Below, in pieces: positions 18,001 through 27,017 of a stretch of 64,000 nt of DNA. The notes under the pieces are model-generated. The model saw nothing but the letters and a program-made list of their open reading frames with translations. It did not search any database and was not told the origin of the DNA. The DNA is taken from positions 1-64,000 of IMG/VR virus record IMGVR_UViG_3300030330_005435; one strand, given 5' to 3'. Every line of letters starts with the position of its first letter. Position 1 is the stretch's first letter. Origin of the DNA: a virus (taxonomy: Duplodnaviria; Caudoviricetes). The position numbers were made by a program, and so were the translations under genes.

Positions 18001-18470
18001 TTGTAAGACTCCGACACTAGTTTAAATAGATTGTTCAATCCAGTTTGATTCTGAGCAAGTAATACAAGATGGCGCCGGCGGCGTAGAATGTCCTGGGTCT
18101 TCTTCGAAGCACCCTCATCCTCAACTGTTGCACCAGAAGCAGCGTCCTTCTTTACAGCGCGGGCGCGCTTCTTGTCTTCCATGGCCTTGGTGTACTCTTC
18201 TTGCCATTCTTCAATGGATGGAATGAAGTATGCTTCACAGCCAAAGATAGGCTTGAAGTCTTTACCTTCGGCCTGCATCTTCTTTGCGTGTAGCACCTGA
18301 TAAGCAAGTCCGTTCATGTTGCCATGATCAGTAAGCGCCAAGGCATCACAACCATTTTCATATGCAAAGTCCATGTGATCCTGTGGATATCCGATAGCGT
18401 CAAAGATAGAGCCCGCCACAGAGTGTGCGTGCAGTCCAACAAATTTAATTTTAGAATCAATCCGATTCAT
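15039..18470 (-). CDS. dnaE: DNA polymerase III alpha subunit (PHP + family C polymerase)
   Basis: LHAHS, ALTDHGNM, GPGRGSAAGSL, DYPDIDYD, HAGGVVI, KFDLLGL, YGFNKSHA; AGGAGG RBS before MNRIDS. Confidence 0.97.
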   Translation of the reverse strand: MNRIDSKIKFVGLHAHSVAGSIFDAIGYPQDHMDFAYENGCDALALTDHGNMNGLAYQVLHAKKMQAEGKDFKPIFGCEAYFIPSIEEWQEEYTKAMEDKKRARAVKKDAASGATVEDEGASKKTQDILRRRRHLVLLAQNQTGLNNLFKLVSESYKAENFYRYPRIDYALLKKYNEGIIASSACLGGVYAGNYWENREDGDEAVLDAMRESTRRMVDIFGDRWYAEIQWNNIKEQHELNQYVIQVAKEFGVGLVTTADSHYPNPDAWKDRELYKRLGWLGKGRPSWADEESELPDGVEEIGYELYPKNGDQMWKSYKEYSDACGFQYDDELVLRSIEETHRIAHERIESFLPDNTVRLPEFVVPAGFTATQALVNYALEGLKDKGLHKNQKYIQRLREELNVIDDRGFSKYFLTMKSIADVATGMMLTGPGRGSAAGSLVAYALNITQVDPIKYGLLFSRFLRSDATDYPDIDYDVSDSMALKEKLVEMWGEDCVAPISNWNTLQLKSLIKDISKLYGIEFTEVNTVTSIMIREATPEAKRKHGIKAGVYAPTWEEVIEFSPTLRAYLDKYPAVKTHVEGLVGQVRSCSRHAGGVVIAENLDANMPLINSGGVRQAPWAEGQNVRHLEPMGFIKFDLLGLSTLKMMEGAIYHILKRHHNIEEPTFAQIRDYYEKTLHPDVLDMNDVSVYQKIFHAGKWAGIFQFTESGAQQFCTRAMPTNIIDVSAITSIFRPGPLSAGVDNDYVEAKEHPQRIQYLTPEARAITEETFGFLIFQEQIALLAHKLGGLTLDEGNMLRKVLTKKGTGKGSVKGKLHKKFIDGCSSNGIDKEKAQDLWNKFEFFSGYGFNKSHAVSYSIISYQCAWLYNYYPSEWMAAFLDKEPESRKEKAINIAKRFGFDIAPLDVNKSGTVWEISKDGKTLIQPLTSIKGLGAAAIEQILANRPLKNAEDLLFNENITYSKLNKKSLDALCRGGALDNILDDRFTGRKHFWSACIVDRPKNLKKLGENIELYEPEGDFTEEEIIQFKSDLTGVFPINLVISDETVERLQEKYIPPISEFDEELQVCWFIPRKVAERKTKNGKLYWIVEVIDSNNELTKIRCWGVKPQKDKIHLNRPYMARLKYDQNWGFSTYAIGKTFKLLG

Positions 18471-19350
18471 CAGTGCCCTCCTGAAGTGTATATGGTATCT
18501 TAGCATGAGTGTGTGGCTTTGTCAATAGATAATAAGGCGATTCTAAAATAAATTTAGAACGCATATACTCATTGTACCCGCCCCATGTTGAGATATCAAA
18601 AAAGTATTTAGAATTATAAGTATGTGCATTGTCGATACAAAGCTTCTCAAACACTTCAGAAAAATTGAATTTTCTTGCCGACCATCTTTCTTCAAGTGGC
18701 AACTTTCGTGATGGATATTGTTCTCCTTTTTCGGTGTTGTAATACTGTTTTGTAGTTTTAGAGTTTATATCTCTTCTGCAATTAAGATAATCGTTCTCAA
18801 ACATTGTAAAGCTAAGAGGTAGTTCATCTTTTACTGTTTTATTCTGGTGTGTTAAGAAAAAATTATTTTGGTTGTCGTTTATAAGTTTTCTGTGTTTTCT
18901 GATCTCGTAGATATTGAATACGCCCATGGGAAAGGAAACATAATATTTATTGGGTACAACCCATTTGGATATTTTATTTGCTGTAATCCAAGATGCATAT
19001 ATTCCTGATAAAACTGACCAGCCATACGAATCTCTACGGTCAATATTTTTCGGCATAATATTGCAATAATATATTGGTATTTCGCGCCTGTGTTCGGAGC
19101 CTTCACCATACTGTGAACGGCCCAAATAAACTGGATCATATGTCCAGTCTCCTACAGTTTTTCTAACGACTGGGGCCAAATCTGGATTGGCTACAATCCA
19201 AATTGTACTGCAGCCAGCATACGCACACTCTATAACTGACTTTTGAATCGCTGTAAACCCATTGTTAAGGGGTATCAAAACTTCTGGAAAATTAAAATTA
19301 AAGTCTGTCTGCAGATTGGCAACTGGTATGATGCCAGCCAGGTGATTCAT
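18457..19350 (-). CDS. Nucleotidyltransferase (sugar-phosphate NTase)-like protein with degenerate signature
   Basis: LAGIIPVA...PEVLIPL...IQKSVIECAYAGCSTIWIV matches the NTP_transferase N-terminal fold but lacks GxGTR and the conserved Lys. Confidence 0.6.
   Translation of the reverse strand: MNHLAGIIPVANLQTDFNFNFPEVLIPLNNGFTAIQKSVIECAYAGCSTIWIVANPDLAPVVRKTVGDWTYDPVYLGRSQYGEGSEHRREIPIYYCNIMPKNIDRRDSYGWSVLSGIYASWITANKISKWVVPNKYYVSFPMGVFNIYEIRKHRKLINDNQNNFFLTHQNKTVKDELPLSFTMFENDYLNCRRDINSKTTKQYYNTEKGEQYPSRKLPLEERWSARKFNFSEVFEKLCIDNAHTYNSKYFFDISTWGGYNEYMRSKFILESPYYLLTKPHTHAKIPYTLQEGTDESD
18497..18525 (-). promoter_or_regulatory. Sigma70 promoter for dnaE embedded in the upstream ORF
   Basis: TTGACA-17 nt-TAAGAT with TGn extended -10. 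Confidence 0.65.
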
Positions 19351-20231
19351 AAGTGCCTCAAAAATCTATCGTATTCCACACAAGCCTGTGGTAAGCGTGC
19401 ACAATAATCTTCTTTGATAATTTGCGGAGTTTTAATATTGCTGGCTTTTGGTGTGACTTTATGTTTAAGCTTGCGGATTGAGCGATTAATGCTAGTAGCT
19501 CTAATCTTGTAATGTTTGAGTTTTCCATTTGGTCCATATCCGTTTGAAGGCCCTTTCATGCCTCTGTTTTCCATTTCGTGAATTAATTTAAATCGAGCCA
19601 TAGTTTCTGAATAACTAAATTGATTCATTTGTTCCTGTGTTAAAAGAGAGACAGCACACACATCTTTTATAAGAGTGCGACCGTCAATCCGATCTGATGG
19701 GTAAAACCACATTTCTTTTGTAAAATTGTCATTTGTTTCAATTAAGTCGATCTCTTGTTTGCCACCTCTGTTAATAGCTATCCAATCATAGCATATATAC
19801 TTGTCAGTAGCAAGCGTTTTTTCAGAGGCAAAACCAGTGGCACTTTTATCGTTAAAATAATAACAGGTCTCAAACTCAAACTGAGCAATTTTTGAATATT
19901 CATTTGAGCAAATAATCTTGTTATCTACTCGACGTAATTTATTGCACAAATTTGATAACGGCGCTTTTGAATCTAAGGACAATAAAAACAGCATTCGTTC
20001 CCACAACAAAGTCTTAGGAAGTCCGACAATAATATCTTCAATGCCTGTTTTGATGATCGAAGGCTTGTTTTCCAATCTCACGCAAGATAAATCTATATTG
20101 TGATCAAGATAATCAAACCTAAATGGTATGTCGTAGTCCGAATGAATTATAGGATAATTGTGAACAAATGCAAATAGCACTGCCTCAAACGAACTGCCAA
20201 CAACAATATTGTCGTAACTATAACTCATCAA
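19347..20231 (-). CDS. Hypothetical protein with degenerate FAD/Rossmann-like N-terminus
   Basis: YDNIVVGSSFEAVLFA resembles YDxIVVGxGxxGxxxA. Confidence 0.45.
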   Translation of the reverse strand: MMSYSYDNIVVGSSFEAVLFAFVHNYPIIHSDYDIPFRFDYLDHNIDLSCVRLENKPSIIKTGIEDIIVGLPKTLLWERMLFLLSLDSKAPLSNLCNKLRRVDNKIICSNEYSKIAQFEFETCYYFNDKSATGFASEKTLATDKYICYDWIAINRGGKQEIDLIETNDNFTKEMWFYPSDRIDGRTLIKDVCAVSLLTQEQMNQFSYSETMARFKLIHEMENRGMKGPSNGYGPNGKLKHYKIRATSINRSIRKLKHKVTPKASNIKTPQIIKEDYCARLPQACVEYDRFLRHL

Positions 20232-21219
20232 GTAATTTTTTAATGTCTAAGCCAGCACAGTCTATTTTATTTTTACTTACATGATAGTGACTTACAAATC
20301 CACAGAATTTACCATACTTGGCGTCTTGCACGTAGCCTTTGTCTGTGGTTCCAAACTGATTGGTGGGTGTTACTAATTTTACCCCTGCGCACTTATTAAT
20401 TGCCCTCCACAAAGCCTTTAAAGCTTCAATTTGTTTGGGATAAAAATCTGTGAAATCTTCAAGCTCTTCCCCGTGCACTCTGGCGCCAGAAATTATTGGT
20501 CTTTCACCAAAACCATTTCGCTTGTACCATTCTTGATATTTCGGGTAATAAGCGTTTGAAATTTCCACACCCACAGAAGCTCTGTTGACTCTCTCGGAGC
20601 CTGCATGCCAAGCGCCGTGTTGCATATCAAGCGCTTGATAAATGGTGCCGTCGTTGTCGATTAGAAAGTGTACTGAAATACCTCGCTTGTCTAATATAGT
20701 TTGGCATGAGCGCGAAGAAAGGCAAACGTCCCAATGATTAACAAAAAGTCTTACGCCGCGGCGTGGTCGACCAGTATAATCATAATAAGAGCCTTTTTTA
20801 GCTTGAATACCGCCTGTTTCAGACCATAAAACTACCTTGTCCCATTCAATAGGAAAGAATTCACCGTTGTATACAATGTAATTTGAATATTGACATTCTA
20901 CCGGTTTATAATCGTCAATGTCTGCTTGGCGTTCAGTCCATATTCTACGATAAGTAGAAGGTCCACACAGGCCATCCGCGGTTAAGCCTCTTTCTTTCTG
21001 CCACTTTTTGATCGATCTAATAAGTTGTTCATCAAAATATTTTTGGCCAAACCATGATGGATCCCATCCTAAATTTTTCGCAGACGATTCATTATAAAAG
21101 TTCTTGTCAATACCCATGTCTTGTTCTTCTTTTTCTTCTTGAAGTGGTTTATCTTCACGAAGTAAATAGTCCAAGAACGTAATTATCCAATACCAAATTG
21201 ATTGTATTGCCCCTAACAT
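20218..21219 (-). CDS. Endolysin: PG-binding domain + N-acetylmuramoyl-L-alanine amidase (Amidase_2)
   Basis: IKKWQKERGLTADGLCGPST; VNHW, VHFLIDNDGTIYQ, AWHAG, SVGVEI, SHYHV..NKIDC. Confidence 0.88.
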   Translation of the reverse strand: MLGAIQSIWYWIITFLDYLLREDKPLQEEKEEQDMGIDKNFYNESSAKNLGWDPSWFGQKYFDEQLIRSIKKWQKERGLTADGLCGPSTYRRIWTERQADIDDYKPVECQYSNYIVYNGEFFPIEWDKVVLWSETGGIQAKKGSYYDYTGRPRRGVRLFVNHWDVCLSSRSCQTILDKRGISVHFLIDNDGTIYQALDMQHGAWHAGSERVNRASVGVEISNAYYPKYQEWYKRNGFGERPIISGARVHGEELEDFTDFYPKQIEALKALWRAINKCAGVKLVTPTNQFGTTDKGYVQDAKYGKFCGFVSHYHVSKNKIDCAGLDIKKLLDEL

Positions 21220-21439
21220 TAACTTCCTCGATCATTGACTTGTCTACCATTAGCCAAGTATTTTTCTTTAAACAATCAGCAAACCTTACTTCAGAATCCC
21301 AAGAAATAACTTTTACACAAGCATGACGCGCTTCTTGCACTTTAAAATCGTTTGGAAGTAAGATTCCTGTTTCCGTCTGCGGTGGTTTGACTGGCTCAAC
21401 CTCAATTTGAATGTATCTATTCAGTGGTTTAAAATTCAT
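21155..21439 (-). CDS. groS: Co-chaperonin GroES-like protein
   Basis: FKPLNRYIQIE, TETGILLP mobile loop, LVLDNYVLG; GGAG RBS. Confidence 0.8.
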   Translation of the reverse strand: MNFKPLNRYIQIEVEPVKPPQTETGILLPNDFKVQEARHACVKVISWDSEVRFADCLKKNTWLMVDKSMIEEVNVRGNTINLVLDNYVLGLFTS

Positions 21440-21447
21440 TTTATCTC

Positions 21448-23415
21448 CTAAATTGTGCATGAATCATTGGTACAAAATTTTGTTCCCTCGCCCTGTTCGT
21501 CAGTGTTAATTCTAGTGACAGGTGTTATATTTTTGATTAATTTATTATATTGAGCCTCTGTTATTGGCTCATAAGGTGCTTGTTCATAGCCAGTTTCCTC
21601 ATATTTAAGGAATGATACAGCTTTTAGTCTAGATTCATACATCTCTAAAGCATCTTTTATGCTTTCAGCTTCATCTGGCTTAAATGTCACAGTAATAGAT
21701 ACCGAATTATCCGCCCAATAGTGCTGATACTGGGCTGCAATTTCAAGCTGTTCCCACATGTTAACATCTCTTTTACCCTTTACAAAATATGGCTCGCGAA
21801 CAGGAAACTCTACACAAACGGTATTTGGAGAATATACATCATCTTCAATTTTGTACCCTGCCGCGCGCAAAGGCTCAATTAAAGGCGAATCAGTAGAGAA
21901 CCTAATTCTGCGAATGTAAAACTCATCTTCTGGGAAGTGTATGCCAGGGGTTGAACCATTTAAAAGTGACACTGTTCCTGACGGTTTAATAGAAGTTGTT
22001 CTAATCGATTTTGGTATGCATAGCCAGTTAGAGTACTCTTCGTCTAGGTTTTGTACGTATTCGTATGCTTGATCGCACCAATCATATATTGCGCGGCGAC
22101 CATGCTTGTTAAAAGCCTGAACAACACCAGATTGAGAAAGGCCAATTCGACGATTCTTGAGCATCTTGGCGTTTGTTTCTGGCCAATGAGTATTGGAAAG
22201 AGTGATTGTTTTTCCATACAAATATGCAATCTTTAATGTGCGCAAGTAATCATCTAAATCGTCGTGCTTTGCAGGAAAAGTTTCAACCAGACAACATAAT
22301 TCAGCATCCTCAAGTTGCTGTTCGACACATGGATTAAACCCTGCAACGTTCATGTCATCTAATCTTTCGCCGTCTTTAAAACGCCCGCGAGTTCGTGCAT
22401 TTTCTAACCAAATATAGCCTGGTTCACCGTTTTTTTGCGACTGATTTGCGTGCCATGTATAGTCCATACCCACCAATGCGTTAAATGAGTTGTTTGAGTT
22501 CCAGCGGTGATGCATCAACTTTTCTGAATCATTTTTCATTTCAAGGTAATGAGTGTCATCATGTCGACCCATAGCCAATGCTGCTGAGCGCCTGACATTG
22601 CCCGATACAACACAGCGTCCAATTAAATTTTCTGTGTCCACGATATCAACTGATGTTATTGGCTCTCCGATTTTGTTTGAGTACATTTCTACTAGACTTT
22701 CGTGTAGCTCTATAAGTGGCTGTGGGCCCGAAGAAGTTCCCCCAAAGCCCTTGATATGTGCCCCAAAGGGCCTGATTGCTGAATAGTCAAATTTAGGAAC
22801 CTTATGGCCGAAAAAGTAACCATTTAATAATGTTTGTACAGAATCAACCCATCCTTCCCGCGAGTCGTCAATGATCAAAGTGTCATTTGTATATTGCGGT
22901 TCACAAATTGTAAGCGAACCCGCGCCCTCAGTATCAAAACCAACGCCGATGCCAACCATTAATGCATCCATCATCCAAGCAAACAAATAACCGCCCTTTG
23001 TTGCAAGATCTTTGGTGGAACGAAAAGCACAATTAAACAGTGCGGCCGCTGTTCTTTCTTCAATAAATTTTGTACCCATCATCCATAGGCCGCGGCCAGG
23101 GGGTGTCCATTTTAAATTAAACAATCGATCATATGCATCTTTAGCTGTTTTTTGAGCCTTTGCGTCATTCCACTCAAGACCAAGCGCAAATACGTGTTGT
23201 TTCTGCATGTTAAACATACCCTCCACAACACGGCGACAAGTTTGCCACCATTCTTCGGTACCAGAAACTTCAGGATCAAACTCATTTAAACGTCTGGAGT
23301 AGGTTCGTTTATATGTAATGTATCCCAGCGGGCCCCAAGGCACCTCTGCATCCTTGTACGGCTCAACGAAGGTGTCCGATAGTCTGAATCTGCGAATATT
23401 GTCGATTGTTCTCAT
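21448..23415 (-). CDS. nrdJ: Class II (adenosylcobalamin-dependent) monomeric ribonucleotide reductase
   Basis: PPGRGLW, LFNCAF, GNVRRSA, NPCVEQ, CCLVE, SIKPSGT, C-terminal CTNDSC. Confidence 0.95.
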   Translation of the reverse strand: MRTIDNIRRFRLSDTFVEPYKDAEVPWGPLGYITYKRTYSRRLNEFDPEVSGTEEWWQTCRRVVEGMFNMQKQHVFALGLEWNDAKAQKTAKDAYDRLFNLKWTPPGRGLWMMGTKFIEERTAAALFNCAFRSTKDLATKGGYLFAWMMDALMVGIGVGFDTEGAGSLTICEPQYTNDTLIIDDSREGWVDSVQTLLNGYFFGHKVPKFDYSAIRPFGAHIKGFGGTSSGPQPLIELHESLVEMYSNKIGEPITSVDIVDTENLIGRCVVSGNVRRSAALAMGRHDDTHYLEMKNDSEKLMHHRWNSNNSFNALVGMDYTWHANQSQKNGEPGYIWLENARTRGRFKDGERLDDMNVAGFNPCVEQQLEDAELCCLVETFPAKHDDLDDYLRTLKIAYLYGKTITLSNTHWPETNAKMLKNRRIGLSQSGVVQAFNKHGRRAIYDWCDQAYEYVQNLDEEYSNWLCIPKSIRTTSIKPSGTVSLLNGSTPGIHFPEDEFYIRRIRFSTDSPLIEPLRAAGYKIEDDVYSPNTVCVEFPVREPYFVKGKRDVNMWEQLEIAAQYQHYWADNSVSITVTFKPDEAESIKDALEMYESRLKAVSFLKYEETGYEQAPYEPITEAQYNKLIKNITPVTRINTDEQGEGTKFCTNDSCTI

Positions 23416-23420
23416 TTATA

Positions 23421-24800
23421 TTATTTCCTTCTTAATTTTGTATATTTTTGACGTAGTAGATCTTTTTGCTGTTTAGAGTCGAGCGCGACTGGGGCTGTAA
23501 CGACACCACTTGGGGTATCTTTTTGTTGAGGTGTTTTTGGCAATATCTTTATGTTAACATTTGAAGTATCCATAAATATGTTGTAAACCATTCCATCAGG
23601 ACCATTTCTGTTTTTTGCAATGAAAATTTTACCTTGATTGTTTTGCTTGTCTTCGATTGTTCGAGAGACAGAGAAGATAAAATCAGCAACAAAGCACTTA
23701 TTAAAAGCTTCAGATATTTGTTCCATTGTGATCACTTCAGCGCTTAATCCTGACCTGTTAGTTTGTGATGCTGTCCAGACAGGACATTGAAATTCTGTAG
23801 ACAATGCTCTAAGTTCTTCGTAAATAGAACCTAACTCTTCTCTTTTTTCTTTTCTATTTTGCACAGGCTTCAATAAGTCTGCGTAATCTACGATAACCAT
23901 TCCAGGAGTAATACCCCGCTTAACAAGACGAGAAAGATGTGCTCGGATTGTATTTGTGGAGGCAGATTTAGTCGGATACTCTTTAACAATAAGCGATCCT
24001 TCAATGTCTTTAATTTCTTCATAAACTTCCTCTTTAAAGTTAATAATGTCTGATAGTGGGTAACCTGTGATACAACTGTCATATCTTGTTGCAATAACTG
24101 TATCTTGTAATTCTAAGGTATAGTGTACTACGGTTTTGCCTTCTTTTAAAGCTTGACTTCCAAGATGCACCAAAACCATAGACTTGCCTGCACCAGTTGG
24201 CGCGATGACAACACCAAGTTCAGATTTACCTAAGCCACCCCCAGTTATTTTATCAATATCTCCCCAACCAGTTGTGACTGGTCTTCTGAATTTTGGCATG
24301 AAACGTTCTTCAAAGTCTGCCATATAATCATAGCCAAAGTTATTTTCAGAACCAAGCTTTAAAGCATCATTGATAACTTTTGAAATTTCATCAAAAGAAC
24401 AATTTTGAAGTAACCCAACTGAAGTCATCATTGCTTCTTTAAGGTTCTGCTTACGACAAAAATCAAGAGATATTTCCTTGATATAATCAATGTCTGTTAA
24501 TTCTCGTTTGTGCATTCTGTTAAAATAGTCTTGCACTTTTTCTTGAACAATTTCATCTTCTTCATCAAGTTCTGTTTTGATGATTGTAAGCATAGCGTCC
24601 ACCGATGGATGTTTGCCATAGCGGTGTCTGAATTGCAGCATCTTTTGTAGAAAAACACGCAGATATTCTAACTCAATAAAGTTAGCGTCGAGCACTTCAG
24701 TGATCTGATCTGCGAATGGTCGATCTTGAAAGATAAGCTGAACAAGTCCCTCTTGGAAGGCTTTTCCATACCTTCCAAAATTTACTTTCTCTGCTTTCAT
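23421..24800 (-). CDS. dnaB: DnaB/gp41-like replicative helicase
   Basis: APTGAGKS Walker A, YTLEL, IVDYADLL, WTASQTNR, IAKNRNG. Confidence 0.93.
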   Translation of the reverse strand: MKAEKVNFGRYGKAFQEGLVQLIFQDRPFADQITEVLDANFIELEYLRVFLQKMLQFRHRYGKHPSVDAMLTIIKTELDEEDEIVQEKVQDYFNRMHKRELTDIDYIKEISLDFCRKQNLKEAMMTSVGLLQNCSFDEISKVINDALKLGSENNFGYDYMADFEERFMPKFRRPVTTGWGDIDKITGGGLGKSELGVVIAPTGAGKSMVLVHLGSQALKEGKTVVHYTLELQDTVIATRYDSCITGYPLSDIINFKEEVYEEIKDIEGSLIVKEYPTKSASTNTIRAHLSRLVKRGITPGMVIVDYADLLKPVQNRKEKREELGSIYEELRALSTEFQCPVWTASQTNRSGLSAEVITMEQISEAFNKCFVADFIFSVSRTIEDKQNNQGKIFIAKNRNGPDGMVYNIFMDTSNVNIKILPKTPQQKDTPSGVVTAPVALDSKQQKDLLRQKYTKLRRK

Positions 24801-24824
24801 TGGTGCCCTCGCTTGGTGTTTATA

Positions 24825-24852
24825 AGTATATCGTTTCTGTCCGTAAAGTCAA
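24825..24852 (-). promoter_or_regulatory. Sigma70 promoter upstream of helicase
   Basis: TTGACT-16 nt-TATACT. Confidence 0.65.
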
Positions 24853-24860
24853 CCAAAAAA

Positions 24861-25859
24861 TTAGAATAATTCTGTTGCGCCGTCAAGGCACTCGGTTGAA
24901 ATCTTGTTTAAGTGTGTCCTAAGATCTTCCCAATTTAGCTCACCAAATCCATCCTCGCGCATGAGCCTAATAATCTCAGTTTTGTTAAAATCACATTCAA
25001 AATTTTCTACAGATTCTTTGACATGCATTTTTGCCTGAACTGACATTTGTGGCGCGTAAAGTTGCATCATTTTATAATTGTGTTCAATCAAATTTTTGGC
25101 CTCTACCACATTTGTAAAAAACTTAAGTTTGCTGCTTTCGGATTTTTCTTCGCAATGTTCAATTACATCATCGATTGTGTATGCTTTCTCTTCCGACAAA
25201 AATCCAATTCGCTTTGCAATAGTTTTAAATCCCGCACCTTTCACTCCTGGAAGATTATCAGAAGCATCGCCAATTACTGCACGTGCAAGTGCCATATTTG
25301 TTGGATGCACACCTGTTTGCTCAACAATACGTTTTGAGTTCAATATCTCATCCTTAACAGGTCGCCATAGAACGGTTTTCTCATCACACAATTGCATAAA
25401 GTCTTTATCGTTTGAGACAATAATTTTCTGCCAATCGTCGAAATGCCCGAGAGAACAGATGTACGAAATTACATCGTCTGCCTCAATCTCTGGTAACATT
25501 GTTTGAATGATAGGCATATTGTTAAGATATTCTACAACACGTCCTTGTTGCCAAATTTTGTTTTGCAACTCTTCATCATCCGTGAGATTGTGGACAGATC
25601 GATTTAGACGAATAGGTTTGCGACCAGCTTTATAATTTTTATCCATCGTCTTGCGCTTCTTGGAGCCATTTGGCCCATCCCAACATACCACTACAGCGTT
25701 AGGTTTTGTTTGCCTAACAAGTTTTTGTAGAATTTTGATAAATCCTTTTAGTCCGCCAATTGGATCTCCGTGTGTTGATACGGAGGGATCTACAATATAT
25801 GCCCTTAGATACGCGTTTAATGCATCTACAATTAGGACTCTTTTAATTCCATCAGTCAT
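24861..25859 (-). CDS. 5'-3' exonuclease / flap endonuclease (PolI N-terminal, T4 RNase H family)
   Basis: LIVDALN, VCWDG, YKAGR, EADDVI, IVSNDKDFMQL, IGDASDNLPGVKGAG. Confidence 0.93.
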   Translation of the reverse strand: MTDGIKRVLIVDALNAYLRAYIVDPSVSTHGDPIGGLKGFIKILQKLVRQTKPNAVVVCWDGPNGSKKRKTMDKNYKAGRKPIRLNRSVHNLTDDEELQNKIWQQGRVVEYLNNMPIIQTMLPEIEADDVISYICSLGHFDDWQKIIVSNDKDFMQLCDEKTVLWRPVKDEILNSKRIVEQTGVHPTNMALARAVIGDASDNLPGVKGAGFKTIAKRIGFLSEEKAYTIDDVIEHCEEKSESSKLKFFTNVVEAKNLIEHNYKMMQLYAPQMSVQAKMHVKESVENFECDFNKTEIIRLMREDGFGELNWEDLRTHLNKISTECLDGATELF

Positions 25860-26019
25860 TGATTTGTTCCTCTAATTTTGTAATCTCAGCCATAATCTCC
25901 GCATAGTGCCTTAGTTTGCCATTGCGTTGATAAGTCATAGCTTCATTTTGTAGTCTTGCTATCTTCTTTATAATGCTATTTTGTTTTCTTTTCTTAAAAA
26001 AATCAGTTAAAAATTTCAT
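25852..26019 (-). CDS. 55-aa helical protein not in ORF track (MKFLTDFFKKRKQNSIIKKIARLQNEAMTYQRNGKLRHYAEIMAEITKLEEQIND), DUF6435/Lacal_2735-like
   Basis: Manual translation; ATGA overlap with uvsE stop and overlap with the exonuclease start; fills the gap exactly. Confidence 0.7.
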   Translation of the reverse strand: MKFLTDFFKKRKQNSIIKKIARLQNEAMTYQRNGKLRHYAEIMAEITKLEEQIND

Positions 26020-26951
26020 ACTGCCATCCTTTGTTTATTCATTATATCACGATATTCTAACAATGCAAGTTCTTTGTGCTTAGCCTCAATCATAACATCA
26101 AATTCATTGCCATAATCATCAAATGGATTGCGGATCATATCAGAATGTGCTTGTGGTTTGATTTTGGGATTGTTTTGCTCAACAGAGCGTGATTCTGCGT
26201 AGTGTACCACTGGTTTGATATCACCCCATGTTGACAAAGCGAGTTCAAGTGCTTCTTGCTCTGTTTGCCCACCTGGATGAAGCATGTGATGATGATAGTC
26301 AAATACAATCGGAATACCAATACGCTTGTACACGCCCTCATACAACTCAAGTGTTGAGTATAGTGAAGTTTTGTCATCATTCTCGACTGTCAATCTTGAG
26401 CGGACATTTTCTGGCAACCGTTCAAAGTTGCGGCAGAAGTTGTCAAGAGCCATTGGTTTGTCGCCATAGGCTGCACCCACATGAATGTTAAGTTTAGCAT
26501 ACGGTGTACGTGGCAAGCCAATCATGTCAAATAAATCGCCGTGAACCTTGAGATCCTTGTATGTAAGCTGAAATACTCGTTCTTTTGGTGATGCCAGTTT
26601 GTTGAACGGCCCAGGATGCGATGTAAGACGCATACCGTGCTCACGTGCAAAGTTGCCAGCCTTCATAGCTGCTGCAAGAATAAGATTGTAATCTGGTAAC
26701 TCTTCCATTTCATACTCACTTGCCCATGGGATCATATCCGATGAGAGGCGATAGAAATAAATATCGTTCTCCAAATTCCATTCAAGAATTTTGTGAAGAT
26801 CTCGTACATTCTGTAAGGCAAGTTCGGACGCATACCCGATACCTTTCTCGAAGAACGTTCGCTTGATCATTGTTCTGTTAGTTGTAATGCGTTGCGATTT
26901 GGGGCGGTTTGAAAACCCCATGTTGATGCATGCATATCCGTAGTTTCGCAT
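26016..26951 (-). CDS. uvsE: UV DNA damage endonuclease (UvsE/UVDE)
   Basis: GYACIN, FYRLSSD, RLTSHPG, NIHVG, RLTVENDD, PIVFDYHHH, HYAES, AHSD, MIEAKHKE; AAGGAGG RBS. Confidence 0.95.
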   Translation of the reverse strand: MRNYGYACINMGFSNRPKSQRITTNRTMIKRTFFEKGIGYASELALQNVRDLHKILEWNLENDIYFYRLSSDMIPWASEYEMEELPDYNLILAAAMKAGNFAREHGMRLTSHPGPFNKLASPKERVFQLTYKDLKVHGDLFDMIGLPRTPYAKLNIHVGAAYGDKPMALDNFCRNFERLPENVRSRLTVENDDKTSLYSTLELYEGVYKRIGIPIVFDYHHHMLHPGGQTEQEALELALSTWGDIKPVVHYAESRSVEQNNPKIKPQAHSDMIRNPFDDYGNEFDVMIEAKHKELALLEYRDIMNKQRMAV

Positions 26952-26979
26952 GAAAAACCCTCCTTCATGATTATATCTT

Positions 26980-27008
26980 ATTATAACCAATCCAGAGGGT
27001 AAAGTCAA
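26980..27008 (-). promoter_or_regulatory. Sigma70 promoter for uvsE
   Basis: TTGACT-17 nt-TATAAT. Confidence 0.85.
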
Positions 27009-27017
27009 GAATTATTT

